Positions 37,886 to 47,692 of a stretch of 64,000 nt of DNA are shown in pieces. Source of the DNA: Patescibacteria group bacterium (GTDB lineage Bacteria > Patescibacteriota > WWE3 > UBA101185 > UBA10185); NCBI GenBank assembly GCA_018825365.1, contig JAHJEV010000003.1, positions 174,619 to 238,618 on the forward strand, given 5' to 3'. Every line of letters starts with the position of its first letter. Within the stretch, counting starts at the first letter, position 1. The notes below the pieces were generated by a model. The model was not told where the DNA came from, did no database searches, and worked only from the letters and a program-made list of their open reading frames with translations. The translations under genes and the position numbers were made by a program.

Positions 37886-38749
37886 TTAATCATATAATAC
37901 TATTACTTTATCATAGCGTAAATCAATTCTTCTAATTGTCTTTTTCTCGGCAACTGACTTTTTGATTAAAGCTCCAACCGTCTTTAGGGATTGTTCAGTG
38001 TTTTTATCGTACCCAAGGTATACTTCGATACCACCGCCAACATAAATCTTTGAATATTCGGCGTAAAAACTCATATTGGTTACTTTTACCCCATTTCTCT
38101 CAGCGAATTTTACTATGTCCACACTAATCAGTGTTAATTCCTTATCCAAAAAACTCCCTACTTTTATATCCCCTTCATATTTAATCTTCGCTAAGCCTGA
38201 GTAGTTTTTATCAACAACCCCTAAAACATAACCTTCCGAGTCAATCAGGAAATGATTGTTATTTTCATTGTAAACAATTGCCAGCGGAACTCTTTCTTCC
38301 ACGATAATTCTTATCTTGTTGGGATATCTTTTCTCAACTTCAATTAATTTTGCTCCCAAAAAGTTTTTACTTAAAACCTCAGATAGACTTTTTTCACTGA
38401 TAACAAAAATTGATTGACCAAGAGAATCCTTCTCAGACAAGGTTCTTAGATCCTTTTCATTTACAAACCTCCCGGTTCCACTTATCAAAACCCCTGAGAT
38501 CGTAAAATAACTTAGAATATTAAATTTCCATACAACATACCCAAGCGCAGACACAAAAAGTGTGAGAAAGATAAGTTTTTTATATATTCCATGATGTTTT
38601 CTTAAGATAACTCCAGGTTTTTTCAGCCCTCTCTTTCTGCTGTTTATCTGATCAATAAGAGCGTCGCCTCCACTTGTCTGAGCAGATGGGGACATTTTAA
38701 ATGCCGGAATTTTTTTACTTTGCTTGGATTTGAATAATCTCATCCGCAA
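37886..38749 (-). CDS. ftsQ: Cell division protein FtsQ/DivIB
   Basis: TM plus POTRA-like region, KRYPNKI.I.VEER, terminal IDLRY; between murG and ftsA. Confidence 0.85.
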   Translation of the reverse strand: MRMRLFKSKQSKKIPAFKMSPSAQTSGGDALIDQINSRKRGLKKPGVILRKHHGIYKKLIFLTLFVSALGYVVWKFNILSYFTISGVLISGTGRFVNEKDLRTLSEKDSLGQSIFVISEKSLSEVLSKNFLGAKLIEVEKRYPNKIRIIVEERVPLAIVYNENNNHFLIDSEGYVLGVVDKNYSGLAKIKYEGDIKVGSFLDKELTLISVDIVKFAERNGVKVTNMSFYAEYSKIYVGGGIEVYLGYDKNTEQSLKTVGALIKKSVAEKKTIRRIDLRYDKVIVLYD

Positions 38750-39821
38750 TTAAACTCGCCGGATCTTCCTTAAGAAAGTCCAGCGCCGATTCATCATTAA
38801 GTTTGTACTTTGATAAATCCTTCAGCATTTCTTTTATCTTTTGCACTAAAATTTCTGGGTTCAAATTCCTTTCTTCAATAATTTCTCCCAGCCCATATTT
38901 TTTAAGCACCGACGCATTCTCAAACTGCTCGTTGTGAGATACCCAAGATATTGGAATCAAAAGACACGGCTTTTTAAGCGCAAGCAGCTCCGCTGTCGTG
39001 TGCGCTCCGCAGCGGGAGACAACTAAACTTGATCTAAGTAGGGCCTCCCCAATTTCTTCTTCAAAAACAAACTTTCTCAAAAACATTTTCCCTTCTACCG
39101 AATCTTCTATCTTTTTATACAAACCTTCTATAACATCGTGGTCATTAAAAATATAATTATCTCCACATTGAAGAATAACATTGCAAAAACCAAGTAAGTC
39201 AGAAAGACTTTGTTTCATAACCTCGTTTATAATATGGGAGCCTGTCTTTCCTTCTGATACATAAATTGTTGGAAGTTCACTATTTCCTTTAAAAGAGTCC
39301 GATTTTATTTGAAAAATACTTCTTCTTAGCGGAATACCTACAAACTTAACCTTTTTGCTTGGAAAAAACTTCGCTGACTGCTTCCAACTTATTAGGATTT
39401 TTTTCACAAACTTGGATATGAATCTATTCGAATACCCAGCAACAACAGTTTGCTCGTGGGTCAAACTTGGAATTTTCAAAAACCAACCTGCTGAAACAAC
39501 CGGGGCTGCAAGATACCCACCAAAAGACATAATTACATCGGGTTTTATTTTCAAAAGGTAATAAAACGCTTGGATAAAGCCTAAGGGTATTTTTACCCAC
39601 CTTCCAAAATCATATGTTTTGTACACTTTTCCTGCCTTTAGGTCAAAAAACGGGATGCCTAAAGCCTTAATTTCCCTGTATTCAAGAGTTGTGTTTTTAT
39701 CTCCTTTAGCAGAATATTTGTGGCCTACCCAAAAAAGCTTAACATCAGAAACTTTTTCCTTAAGTTTTTCTATTACCGGCAAGGCCGAACTGTGATGTCC
39801 TCCTGTTATTACTACTTTCAT
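38715..39821 (-). CDS. murG: MurG glycosyltransferase
   Basis: TGGH, FGGY, HEQ, SRCG, EQ..NA; dcw context. Confidence 0.9.
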   Translation of the reverse strand: MKVVITGGHHSSALPVIEKLKEKVSDVKLFWVGHKYSAKGDKNTTLEYREIKALGIPFFDLKAGKVYKTYDFGRWVKIPLGFIQAFYYLLKIKPDVIMSFGGYLAAPVVSAGWFLKIPSLTHEQTVVAGYSNRFISKFVKKILISWKQSAKFFPSKKVKFVGIPLRRSIFQIKSDSFKGNSELPTIYVSEGKTGSHIINEVMKQSLSDLLGFCNVILQCGDNYIFNDHDVIEGLYKKIEDSVEGKMFLRKFVFEEEIGEALLRSSLVVSRCGAHTTAELLALKKPCLLIPISWVSHNEQFENASVLKKYGLGEIIEERNLNPEILVQKIKEMLKDLSKYKLNDESALDFLKEDPASLIADEIIQIQAK

Positions 39822-40981
39822 ATTTGTGAAACTTCATCTATACTAGCTAAAATCCCAAGGGCCATCAAACTAAAAACCATTGACGACCCACCATATGATA
39901 TCAAAGGAATAGGTACACCAGTTAAAGGAATTATTTTTGTCATCGAAGCCACATTAATCAAAAACTGTATTCCAAACCACGAACTTATACCGATTGCCAA
40001 AAGCTTTCCCAAAAGGTCTGGAGCTTTCTTGGCAACTATAAATCCACGATAGATAAAATAAAGATAAGCAAAAACAAGAAGCGTTGCTCCAATAAACCCA
40101 AATTCTTCCCCAATAAGTGCAAAAATAGAATCTGAGGCTACTTCCGGAAGGTATTGATACTTTTGTTTCGACTGCCCAAGTCCAACACCGGCTACTCCCC
40201 CCGAACCAAGCGCCACCAAAGCCTGTTTAACGTGGTAACTAGTCCCGCTTTCTGACGAATCACCTGAAAATAAGCTCATTAGTCTTTGTTTTCTGTAAGG
40301 AGATGTCATTATCACCGCTCCAACCAAGATCGACATAATGGGAACCATAATAAGAATTGGCTTAAGAGGGGCTCCGGAAACAAAGTAGATAATAGTTCCT
40401 AAAGCGAAAACCATCATCGCCGTACTCATATTTGGTTGTAAAAGTATCAAACCCGCCAAAAGACCTGAGATTACTATGTAAACCATAAACAAATCTTTTT
40501 TTCTCTCAATGTTTTTACTTAGTTGAATAGCTAAATACAGAACAATGGTAAGTTTTGCAAGCTCCCCTGGTTGAAAACCCAATACCCCAAGAAATGGAAT
40601 TGGTGGAAAAGGTGGTGGATTTAGAAAAAACCATCTATTCGCTCCGTTTATGCAAGGAGCAAAAGGCATTTTGTTAGAACACGGAAGTATCCCAGTTATA
40701 GCAAGTAGAATTAGGAACAATACATTTACAACAAATAGGATATAAGAAATTTTGGAAAGATTTCTATAATCAAATTTCAGAAAAGCAAATAAACAAACAA
40801 GTCCGACCGAAACCCACCCCAGTTGAAGAAGAACAAACTTATAAGGCTGGCCATACAAAGACTTGGATGTGATTACGGTTGAATTAGCAATCATCAAAAG
40901 TCCAAACCCCAAAAAAGCTAGAGTGATATAAAGCAAGGATCTGTCTTTAGGCTTCACTATCAAAACGTATTTTTTCTTCAT
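39818..40981 (-). CDS. ftsW: SEDS family protein FtsW
   Basis: GANRW, FQPGELAK, SDSIFA..GEEFG, PLISYGGSS. Confidence 0.92.
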   Translation of the reverse strand: MKKKYVLIVKPKDRSLLYITLAFLGFGLLMIANSTVITSKSLYGQPYKFVLLQLGWVSVGLVCLFAFLKFDYRNLSKISYILFVVNVLFLILLAITGILPCSNKMPFAPCINGANRWFFLNPPPFPPIPFLGVLGFQPGELAKLTIVLYLAIQLSKNIERKKDLFMVYIVISGLLAGLILLQPNMSTAMMVFALGTIIYFVSGAPLKPILIMVPIMSILVGAVIMTSPYRKQRLMSLFSGDSSESGTSYHVKQALVALGSGGVAGVGLGQSKQKYQYLPEVASDSIFALIGEEFGFIGATLLVFAYLYFIYRGFIVAKKAPDLLGKLLAIGISSWFGIQFLINVASMTKIIPLTGVPIPLISYGGSSMVFSLMALGILASIDEVSQI

Positions 40982-40984
40982 TTT

Positions 40985-42085
40985 TTATAGGATTGCGATA
41001 AAAATACCTGCAAATGCAAACAGTATCCCAAAAAGCAGGAAACGGAGAGTTATCTTGCTCTCATGCCAACCCTTAAGTTCAAAGTGATGGTGAAGTGGAG
41101 CCATTCTAAGTAGCCTCTTTTTTGTGAATTTGTAAACAATCTGCTGAAGAGGACTTGAAACTCCGTCTACCAAAAATACAAGTCCCATGATCAAAAATGC
41201 CACTTCGCGGTGCATCACAACCGCCAATATTACCAGGATGGCCCCCAAAACATATGAACCGACATTCCCCATAAAAACTCTCGCTGGAAACACATTGAAA
41301 TACAAAAATGGAACTAGCGCCCCGACAAATGTGGCGCAAAACCCGGCTAGAGAGTTGTACCCGAGAAGTCTTGACAAAATCCAAAAAGAAACCAAACAAA
41401 CCAAGGAGAGACTTCCTGCCAAGCCATCAAGGCCATCCGTAAAAGCAACTGCATTCAAAATTACGATGAATAAGAAAAAAACAAATATCGGGTATCCAAA
41501 CCCGATATGAACATTTCCAATCAATGGGAACCAAATATAATCCCAACCTAACTTAAAATAAACCCAATATGACACAAAACCCGCAACAAGCCCTTGAAAT
41601 ATGAATTTGTGGTATGTTTTAATCCCACCCTCGTCAGAACTGCCGACGATTCTGGAAATCTCCTTGAAACCTTTCCAGATCCTCGAAAATATGGTTTCTC
41701 TCCCTTTGCCAGTAACCTTTTTCCTAAATAGATTTCTAAAATGATACTCAAAAAACCCCGGAAGACCTGATTTTCTATAAACTTTCGTAAAATCCTCCAG
41801 TAAACCCAAAAGTCCCGCCAGCGTTGCTATAAACAATGGAAATATCGTTTGGGTTCTTGATCTGTTAAAAACAAGGCTCACAATGGTAACGGACAACACA
41901 AACACCAAACCTCCCATTGTCGGGGTTCCCTCTTTTTTCTTGTGTGTCTCTGGGCCTTCAGTTCTTATGCTCTCTCCCATCTGGAATTTGTAAACAAAAT
42001 TTATCCAAATAGGGTAAAGTGCAAACGATATGAGACACGCCAAAAATAACAAAAGTAAATCTATCATTATTCCTACTGTTCCCAT
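40985..42085 (-). CDS. mraY: Phospho-N-acetylmuramoyl-pentapeptide transferase
   Basis: KEGTPTMGG, TDGLDGL, FMGNVGS, MAPLHHHFE; start may be 42067. Confidence 0.92.
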   Translation of the reverse strand: MGTVGIMIDLLLLFLACLISFALYPIWINFVYKFQMGESIRTEGPETHKKKEGTPTMGGLVFVLSVTIVSLVFNRSRTQTIFPLFIATLAGLLGLLEDFTKVYRKSGLPGFFEYHFRNLFRKKVTGKGRETIFSRIWKGFKEISRIVGSSDEGGIKTYHKFIFQGLVAGFVSYWVYFKLGWDYIWFPLIGNVHIGFGYPIFVFFLFIVILNAVAFTDGLDGLAGSLSLVCLVSFWILSRLLGYNSLAGFCATFVGALVPFLYFNVFPARVFMGNVGSYVLGAILVILAVVMHREVAFLIMGLVFLVDGVSSPLQQIVYKFTKKRLLRMAPLHHHFELKGWHESKITLRFLLFGILFAFAGIFIAIL

Positions 42086-43398
42086 ATTTTTGCTCCTAGT
42101 GACTTAAGTTTATTTACAAAATTCTCAAAGTAATTTTCTATATTCTCAACTCCGATTATCTCGCTTTTTCCGTCCGCGCACAAAGAGGCGAGCAACAAAA
42201 CGGCACCGTCTCTAAAATCCTCTATTGTTAGTCTTTCTCCTTTAAGTTTCGATGGGCCAGAAATCTTGGCAACGGTTTTCGGCTCCCCAAGTTTCTCAAA
42301 ATCGTACGAATCGTCACTGATAATACAAGCACATCCGGATTCGCTAGGTTTAGTAAGCTCAATTTTTGCACCCATTCTATTAAGATCCATAACAAAGTTG
42401 AACCTATCTACGTAAACAGTGTCATGAATAGTGCTCTCACCTTCCGCCTGAGTCAAAACTAATGTAGCAGCGGACATCCAATCCGGCACAAAACCCGGCG
42501 TTGGCGAGACCTCTATGTTTACTGGTTGAATTGTCTCGTCGTTTCTCCAGACCTTCAACTCATCATTTTGAAAATCAAATCTTACCCCTATTTTGTTTAG
42601 AAAATTTACAAACTGAACCATCACATCCCTCTTGACTCCCTTTATTGAAATATTTCCTTTTGTTAAAACTGCAGCGACAGCAAAAGCAGCGATTTCTGCC
42701 TTGTCCGGGCAAACCTCAAGCTTTGCCCCTTTGAACATGTTCCCACCGATAATTTTGATTTTTCTTGGCTCTACTCTTTCGATATTTGCCCCCATTGCCT
42801 TAAAAAGATTAATCAAATCATCAACTTCGCACTCCTCGGATGCGTTAGTAATTGTTGTCTCGCCGGACACAAAAATCGAGGAAAGTATTGCGTTATCAGT
42901 TGCTGTGTGGCTGGAAGTTTTGAAAACAATATCCGCCGATTTCATATCTTCCCCTAAAAGAGTTATAAAATCTTCATCTTCTTCAATAAGCACGCCCAAA
43001 CTTTTCCAGGCATCAAAAAACCTATTCATGGGACCTCCACTAAAAGCACTCGGTTTGTATTTTGGTAAGACCGCCTTTCCGAACCTAAAAAGCAGGGGTC
43101 CCGCAAGAAGAACGATTGTTCTGTATTTCAAACCAATTTCTTTCGGGACTTCGTAAGAAGTTACACTTGCTCCATTTATGATCAAGGTGTTGTTACTTGC
43201 CCACTCAGCTTTCCCCCCAATGCTTTGAATTATTGAAATATCATCAAAAACGGATTTTATCCTTGGAACATTGGTTAAAACTACATCCTCATTAGAAAAC
43301 AATGAGGCATACATAAGTTTAATAGCAGAATTTTTGGCTCCTGAAACAGTCACACTCCCAGTAAGGGGGATGCCGCCTTCAACATTAATTCCAGGCAT
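42073..43398 (-). CDS. murA: MurA-like enolpyruvyl transferase family protein (degenerate active-site loop)
   Basis: SGAKN, LTNVP, NAS.E.EV.DL, PGF..D, LGAKI; the PGGCAIGARP loop is replaced by PKYKPSAFSGGP. Confidence 0.8.
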   Translation of the reverse strand: MPGINVEGGIPLTGSVTVSGAKNSAIKLMYASLFSNEDVVLTNVPRIKSVFDDISIIQSIGGKAEWASNNTLIINGASVTSYEVPKEIGLKYRTIVLLAGPLLFRFGKAVLPKYKPSAFSGGPMNRFFDAWKSLGVLIEEDEDFITLLGEDMKSADIVFKTSSHTATDNAILSSIFVSGETTITNASEECEVDDLINLFKAMGANIERVEPRKIKIIGGNMFKGAKLEVCPDKAEIAAFAVAAVLTKGNISIKGVKRDVMVQFVNFLNKIGVRFDFQNDELKVWRNDETIQPVNIEVSPTPGFVPDWMSAATLVLTQAEGESTIHDTVYVDRFNFVMDLNRMGAKIELTKPSESGCACIISDDSYDFEKLGEPKTVAKISGPSKLKGERLTIEDFRDGAVLLLASLCADGKSEIIGVENIENYFENFVNKLKSLGAKIWEQ

Positions 43399-43399
43399 A

Positions 43400-43618
43400 T
43401 TAGGATAACAAAACTATGGCGATGGAATTAAGTACTAAAAATACACCTAAAATTATCGTAAGTACAAAAACTCCCTTTTCGACTCCTCTTAAGGATCTGT
43501 ACATATTAAAGGACCCTTTAAGTCCGGAGGTTAAGCCCGCACTTTTTGATTGTATCAATACCAGAACTACGAGCAGGGCCGAGATTATTATTTGAGTTGT
43601 TTTACAGAACAAAAACAT
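43400..43618 (-). CDS. secG: Preprotein translocase subunit SecG
   Basis: VLIQSKSAGL, RGVEK, two TM helices. Confidence 0.85.
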   Translation of the reverse strand: MFLFCKTTQIIISALLVVLVLIQSKSAGLTSGLKGSFNMYRSLRGVEKGVFVLTIILGVFLVLNSIAIVLLS

Positions 43619-43619
43619 A

Positions 43620-44036
43620 TTATTTTTTATTGTCGTTACAAAGACTTTCCAAAAATAAGTACACTAAAGATGTGGCCAGAGCAGAAAAAACAAGAGACAT
43701 CACGTTGTTTAAATCTTTAGAAGGTAAATTATAACCAAAAAGCGTAATCCCCGGAAGTGTGGTGGGTTTAAATGCAAAGGACGGCAGGACAATGGTAAGA
43801 ATATAAAAAAGTATCCCCGTTGTCAAAAAGGAAAGGAAGAAAAACAAAATGCCCCTATTGGGTAAAGATATGATTGCAAGAAGCGGTTTAATGAAAAGGT
43901 ATAAAATACTTACAGCTAAAATCAAAAGGCCTGTTGTTTTCCAATCACTCGCGCCAAAGTCAAAAGCCCCCATGAGTAAATAAGTGACGTACAAAGAAGC
44001 GGCAGTAAAAAGAAGGGTTCTAATTATCTTTTTCAT
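43620..44036 (-). CDS. 4-TM membrane protein (phage-holin-like family)
   Basis: IKPLLAIISLP pattern; four hydrophobic segments. Confidence 0.6.
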   Translation of the reverse strand: MKKIIRTLLFTAASLYVTYLLMGAFDFGASDWKTTGLLILAVSILYLFIKPLLAIISLPNRGILFFFLSFLTTGILFYILTIVLPSFAFKPTTLPGITLFGYNLPSKDLNNVMSLVFSALATSLVYLFLESLCNDNKK

Positions 44037-44049
44037 AAGATAATTATAC

Positions 44050-45405
44050 CTAAACTCCAAGAGACTTTCTTCTCAAAAGACTATGATATTTTTTTGCAAA
44101 TCTATGTGCCTCGTCACGCAGGTGAATAATTAACTTTAAACCTTCGTTATCTTTGGGTATAAAGATGTTTTTAAAGCCATCTTTTTGTTTAATAACCAAA
44201 GTCTCCTGTTTCTTAGTTATGCCAACAAAAGGAATCTGAATACCTAAATCTTTCATTACGCCGTCGCATGCAGATACCTGGGGAGCCCCTCCGTCCAAGA
44301 TAACAAGGTCCGGTCTTGGCCAACTCTTAGCCTTGCCATTTTTGGGAGTTTTAAATCTTCTTGAAAGTGTTTCGTACATCATTCCAAAATCATCCGGTGT
44401 ATTTTTAAACTTTATTTTGAACCTTCTGTACTGCCTCTTGTCTATCTTTCCACTACTTGCAACTACCATTGATGAAACTGCCTCCTTACCTGAAAGATTT
44501 GATACGTCGTAGCATTCAATTCTTTTTGGAGTAGTGGATAGACCCAGAAAATTTTTAATCTCTTCCAAAGCTTTTTTACTTATATCCTCTATTAAGTAAG
44601 GGTTGTTTATGTATTCGGACGCATCTTTGAAGTTTTGCGCTAAGTAATTAAATTTAGCTAGCAAATTTCTGTATTCCTTCGCTTTCTCATACTCTTGTGC
44701 CTCGGAGTGCATCTTCATTTTCTTATTAATATCAGAAACCAGTTTTGAAGACCCGCTCAAAAGAATCTTTTCGGCATACCCGATATCCTTTTTATACTTG
44801 GAAATAATATTTTCAGACGTGCAGGGGGCTGAGCAAAGCCCCAAGTGTCCATAAAGACAGGGTGCTTTTAGTTTTTCATACCTGGCAAACTTTGCGGGAG
44901 AACAGTCCCTGAAAGGAACTACTTTTCTTATTGTTCCAACAATATTTTTAACTACAGTGGAATTCGGAAAAGGACCAAAAGAAATATCTTTCTTTTCAAT
45001 CTGGGTTTTCCTTGCGGTAATTATTTTGGGAAGAATATACTTTTTCCCCGCAACATTTAGGTATTCTTTTCTTATTACTATGTAGATGTAAGATCTATCA
45101 TCTTTTAAAACTATGTTGTAATGAGGTTTGTATTTCTTGATCAATTCCGCTTCCAGTATTAAAGCTTCGAACTCAGAATCGACTTCTATAAATTCGAAGT
45201 CGTTAATCTTACGAACAAGAGCTGATGTTTTGGTACCACTTTCAAAATCGATTTTAAAGTAAGACCCTACACGAGACCTAAGGTTTTTTGCCTTTCCCAC
45301 GTAAATGACTTTCCCGTTTTTATCTTTAAAAATATACGATCCGGGAAGTTGTGGGAGACTTTTTAGCTTCTCTATCAGCTTTTCATCACAGGTTGAGGAT
45401 TTCAC
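44050..45405 (-). CDS. uvrC: Excinuclease ABC subunit C (short form)
   Basis: GIY-YIG (YVGKAKNLRSRV), RIECYDVS, LDGG, RDEAHRFA; ends without the C-terminal HhH domain. Confidence 0.9.
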   Translation of the reverse strand: MKSSTCDEKLIEKLKSLPQLPGSYIFKDKNGKVIYVGKAKNLRSRVGSYFKIDFESGTKTSALVRKINDFEFIEVDSEFEALILEAELIKKYKPHYNIVLKDDRSYIYIVIRKEYLNVAGKKYILPKIITARKTQIEKKDISFGPFPNSTVVKNIVGTIRKVVPFRDCSPAKFARYEKLKAPCLYGHLGLCSAPCTSENIISKYKKDIGYAEKILLSGSSKLVSDINKKMKMHSEAQEYEKAKEYRNLLAKFNYLAQNFKDASEYINNPYLIEDISKKALEEIKNFLGLSTTPKRIECYDVSNLSGKEAVSSMVVASSGKIDKRQYRRFKIKFKNTPDDFGMMYETLSRRFKTPKNGKAKSWPRPDLVILDGGAPQVSACDGVMKDLGIQIPFVGITKKQETLVIKQKDGFKNIFIPKDNEGLKLIIHLRDEAHRFAKKYHSLLRRKSLGV

Positions 45406-45428
45406 AAAGTTATTGTAGCATTTGAAAG

Positions 45429-47147
45429 ATGAAATTTATTTCCCTAACACTAAAGTGCATCTTTCTTTCACTGCTGCTTTCTGTTTACACAAAACTTGTT
45501 TTTGCGGAAAGCTACCAGTTCACAATAGATTACAACGTAAGCTACATAGTCTCTGAGGATGGGGTAACAAACGTCGATCAAAAAGCAACGATAACTAATC
45601 TCCTAAACGATGTGATACCGACAACCTATACCTTTACAGCAAAGTCAATGAAGATTTACGACGTCTCTGCAGTAACCAATGGAAAATCTTCCGAAGTAAA
45701 ACTTGAAGAAAAAAATGATGATACTTTAGTATCGGTGAATATAAAAGAATATGCGATAGGACAAGGAAGGCAAAATGAAATTGAACTTAAATATAAAACT
45801 CAAAGTATCCCGTCTCAATCAGGAAAAATTTGGAATATCTATATTCCAAAAATACAAATTTCTGAAACAACCTCAAAATATGATATAAAATTAACAATTC
45901 CCGCATCTTTCGGAGCAAAAATTTACCTCTCCCCTACTCCCACCAGCGAAAAAAGTGCGGGTAAAACCATTACTTATTTTTTTAATAAGGAAACATTTAA
46001 ATCTACAGGCATAACAGCGGCCTTTGGTGAGTATCAGCCGGTTAATTTTAAATTGAAATACCAGCTGAAAAATTCATTTATTATACCTCTATTCAAAGAA
46101 ATAGCTCTTCCACCCGACATTAAAAATGTTCAGGGAATAAGTTATCAAAGCATAAACCCCAAACCGTATAAAATTAAGGTCGACAAAGATGGCAACGCAA
46201 TAGCAACTTACATTCTTTCGCCGCTTGGAAAATTAGAAATAGAAGTTATCGGGACTGCAAAACTTTTCGGAAAACAAATTGATTCCGACTATGGAAGAAA
46301 CTTTACGGAAATTCCCAAGGATTTAATCAAAAAATATACAAAAGCAGAAAAATATTGGGAGGTCAATTCCCCATATGTCCAAAAACTCGCCTCGCAGCTT
46401 AAGGATGAAAAACTTAATGTTATCAAAAACGCACAGAAGATATACGACTTTATTACAAATAATTTAACTTATGACTACACTGCCTCTGAATCCGGCTTGA
46501 TTGAAAGAAAAGGAGCGGAGGTTGTACTTACTCAGAAAGGAAGCTGGACATGTATGGAATTCACCGATTTGTTTATAGCTACAGCTAGAGCAATGGGGAT
46601 ACCGGCCAGAGAGATGAATGGATATGCATTTGTCGGTAACGAAACCAACAAACCCCTATCCATCAGTTTTAAAGGAGGAGATTTGTTGCACTCGTGGGCA
46701 GAGTTTTACGATCCTTATTATGGCTGGATACAAATAGATCCCACATGGGGGACAACCTCAGGGATAGATTACTTTACAAAACTAGACACGGGGCATTTAA
46801 CTTTTGTTGTTAAGGGGATTAACTCTTCTTATCCTTTCTCCGCAGGGACTTATAGATTTCCTGATAATAAAGATGGGAAGTTAATAGATGTTGCTTTTTC
46901 ACAAAGCATTACCGAAGATAATTTCAAACCAAAAATCGAAGCAAAGAAAGTTTTTAACTGGAATATCATAAGAGCAATTGTGGGCCAGAAAAAGTATAAA
47001 GTAACAAACATAGGCAATGTTTTTATTTATAACCTAAACGGGCAAACTTTAGCACCGGGAACCTCAAAAAACCTTTATTTAGATAGAAATTCAAAGGCAA
47101 TTACGTACGAGAATTTAGGTGGAGCCACGGTAGTTTATCCACTTTAA
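45429..47147 (+). CDS. Secreted transglutaminase-like domain protein
   Basis: Signal peptide; CMEFTDLF..ARAMGIPAR, HSWAEFY, DPTW triad. Confidence 0.85.
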   Translation: MKFISLTLKCIFLSLLLSVYTKLVFAESYQFTIDYNVSYIVSEDGVTNVDQKATITNLLNDVIPTTYTFTAKSMKIYDVSAVTNGKSSEVKLEEKNDDTLVSVNIKEYAIGQGRQNEIELKYKTQSIPSQSGKIWNIYIPKIQISETTSKYDIKLTIPASFGAKIYLSPTPTSEKSAGKTITYFFNKETFKSTGITAAFGEYQPVNFKLKYQLKNSFIIPLFKEIALPPDIKNVQGISYQSINPKPYKIKVDKDGNAIATYILSPLGKLEIEVIGTAKLFGKQIDSDYGRNFTEIPKDLIKKYTKAEKYWEVNSPYVQKLASQLKDEKLNVIKNAQKIYDFITNNLTYDYTASESGLIERKGAEVVLTQKGSWTCMEFTDLFIATARAMGIPAREMNGYAFVGNETNKPLSISFKGGDLLHSWAEFYDPYYGWIQIDPTWGTTSGIDYFTKLDTGHLTFVVKGINSSYPFSAGTYRFPDNKDGKLIDVAFSQSITEDNFKPKIEAKKVFNWNIIRAIVGQKKYKVTNIGNVFIYNLNGQTLAPGTSKNLYLDRNSKAITYENLGGATVVYPL

Positions 47148-47169
47148 ACGTCTTATAGTTTGTGTTACA

Positions 47170-47421
47170 ATGTCACAAAATAACTTTTCTGATGAGGAGA
47201 GAAAAAACATGAGCATGTGTTTAGGTACTCACAGTGACTTCGTTCACTTTATCGAAGCAGCTAGGGATCTTGAAATCAACGAATACCTTTTGTGGACTGT
47301 CCCCCTTGAAATAGAAATCTTGGATGCGGAAGAAAAAGCCCGGAAGAAATTTTCGGACGAAGAGTTTGTCGTGTCCTCAAGCTTTTCTAAGGGAACCGTC
47401 AAAGTCGAAAAAATCAATTAA
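47170..47421 (+). CDS. Hypothetical protein
   Basis: Acidic small ORF; possible start at the Met following GAGGAG. Confidence 0.5.
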   Translation: MSQNNFSDEERKNMSMCLGTHSDFVHFIEAARDLEINEYLLWTVPLEIEILDAEEKARKKFSDEEFVVSSSFSKGTVKVEKIN

Positions 47422-47438
47422 ACTTAAGGGAGACGAAA

Positions 47439-47639
47439 ATGAAAACTGTAGGTACGATAAGTCAAATTAGGGCATTCATGAAAGGCTGCTCGCAAGATGA
47501 AACGTTCGCAGTTGCCGAAGAAGTTAACCCGGTGCAGTTCGAGGTACTAGTAGGAAGCATTGAGGAATCCGGAGATCTTACCGTACTGGAATATGATACC
47601 GAAGGTACCCCAAGAACGATCAATGTCCTATGTAGATAA
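47439..47639 (+). CDS. Hypothetical protein
   Basis: 66 aa with SD AAGGGAG; followed by a terminator. Confidence 0.55.
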   Translation: MKTVGTISQIRAFMKGCSQDETFAVAEEVNPVQFEVLVGSIEESGDLTVLEYDTEGTPRTINVLCR

Positions 47640-47654
47640 ATAACAAAACCAAAG

Positions 47655-47689
47655 GCACCTTGAAAAAACAATCAAGGTGCTTTTTCTTT
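47655..47689. terminator. Probable bidirectional terminator
   Basis: GCACCTTGA...TCAAGGTGC plus T run, between convergent genes. Confidence 0.75.
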
Positions 47690-47692
47690 TTC

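Noticed and set aside
43620-44036. Holin as evidence of a prophage
   Set aside because: Sits in a housekeeping context (uvrC-secG-murA); this 4-TM family is common on chromosomes and no other phage genes are nearby.
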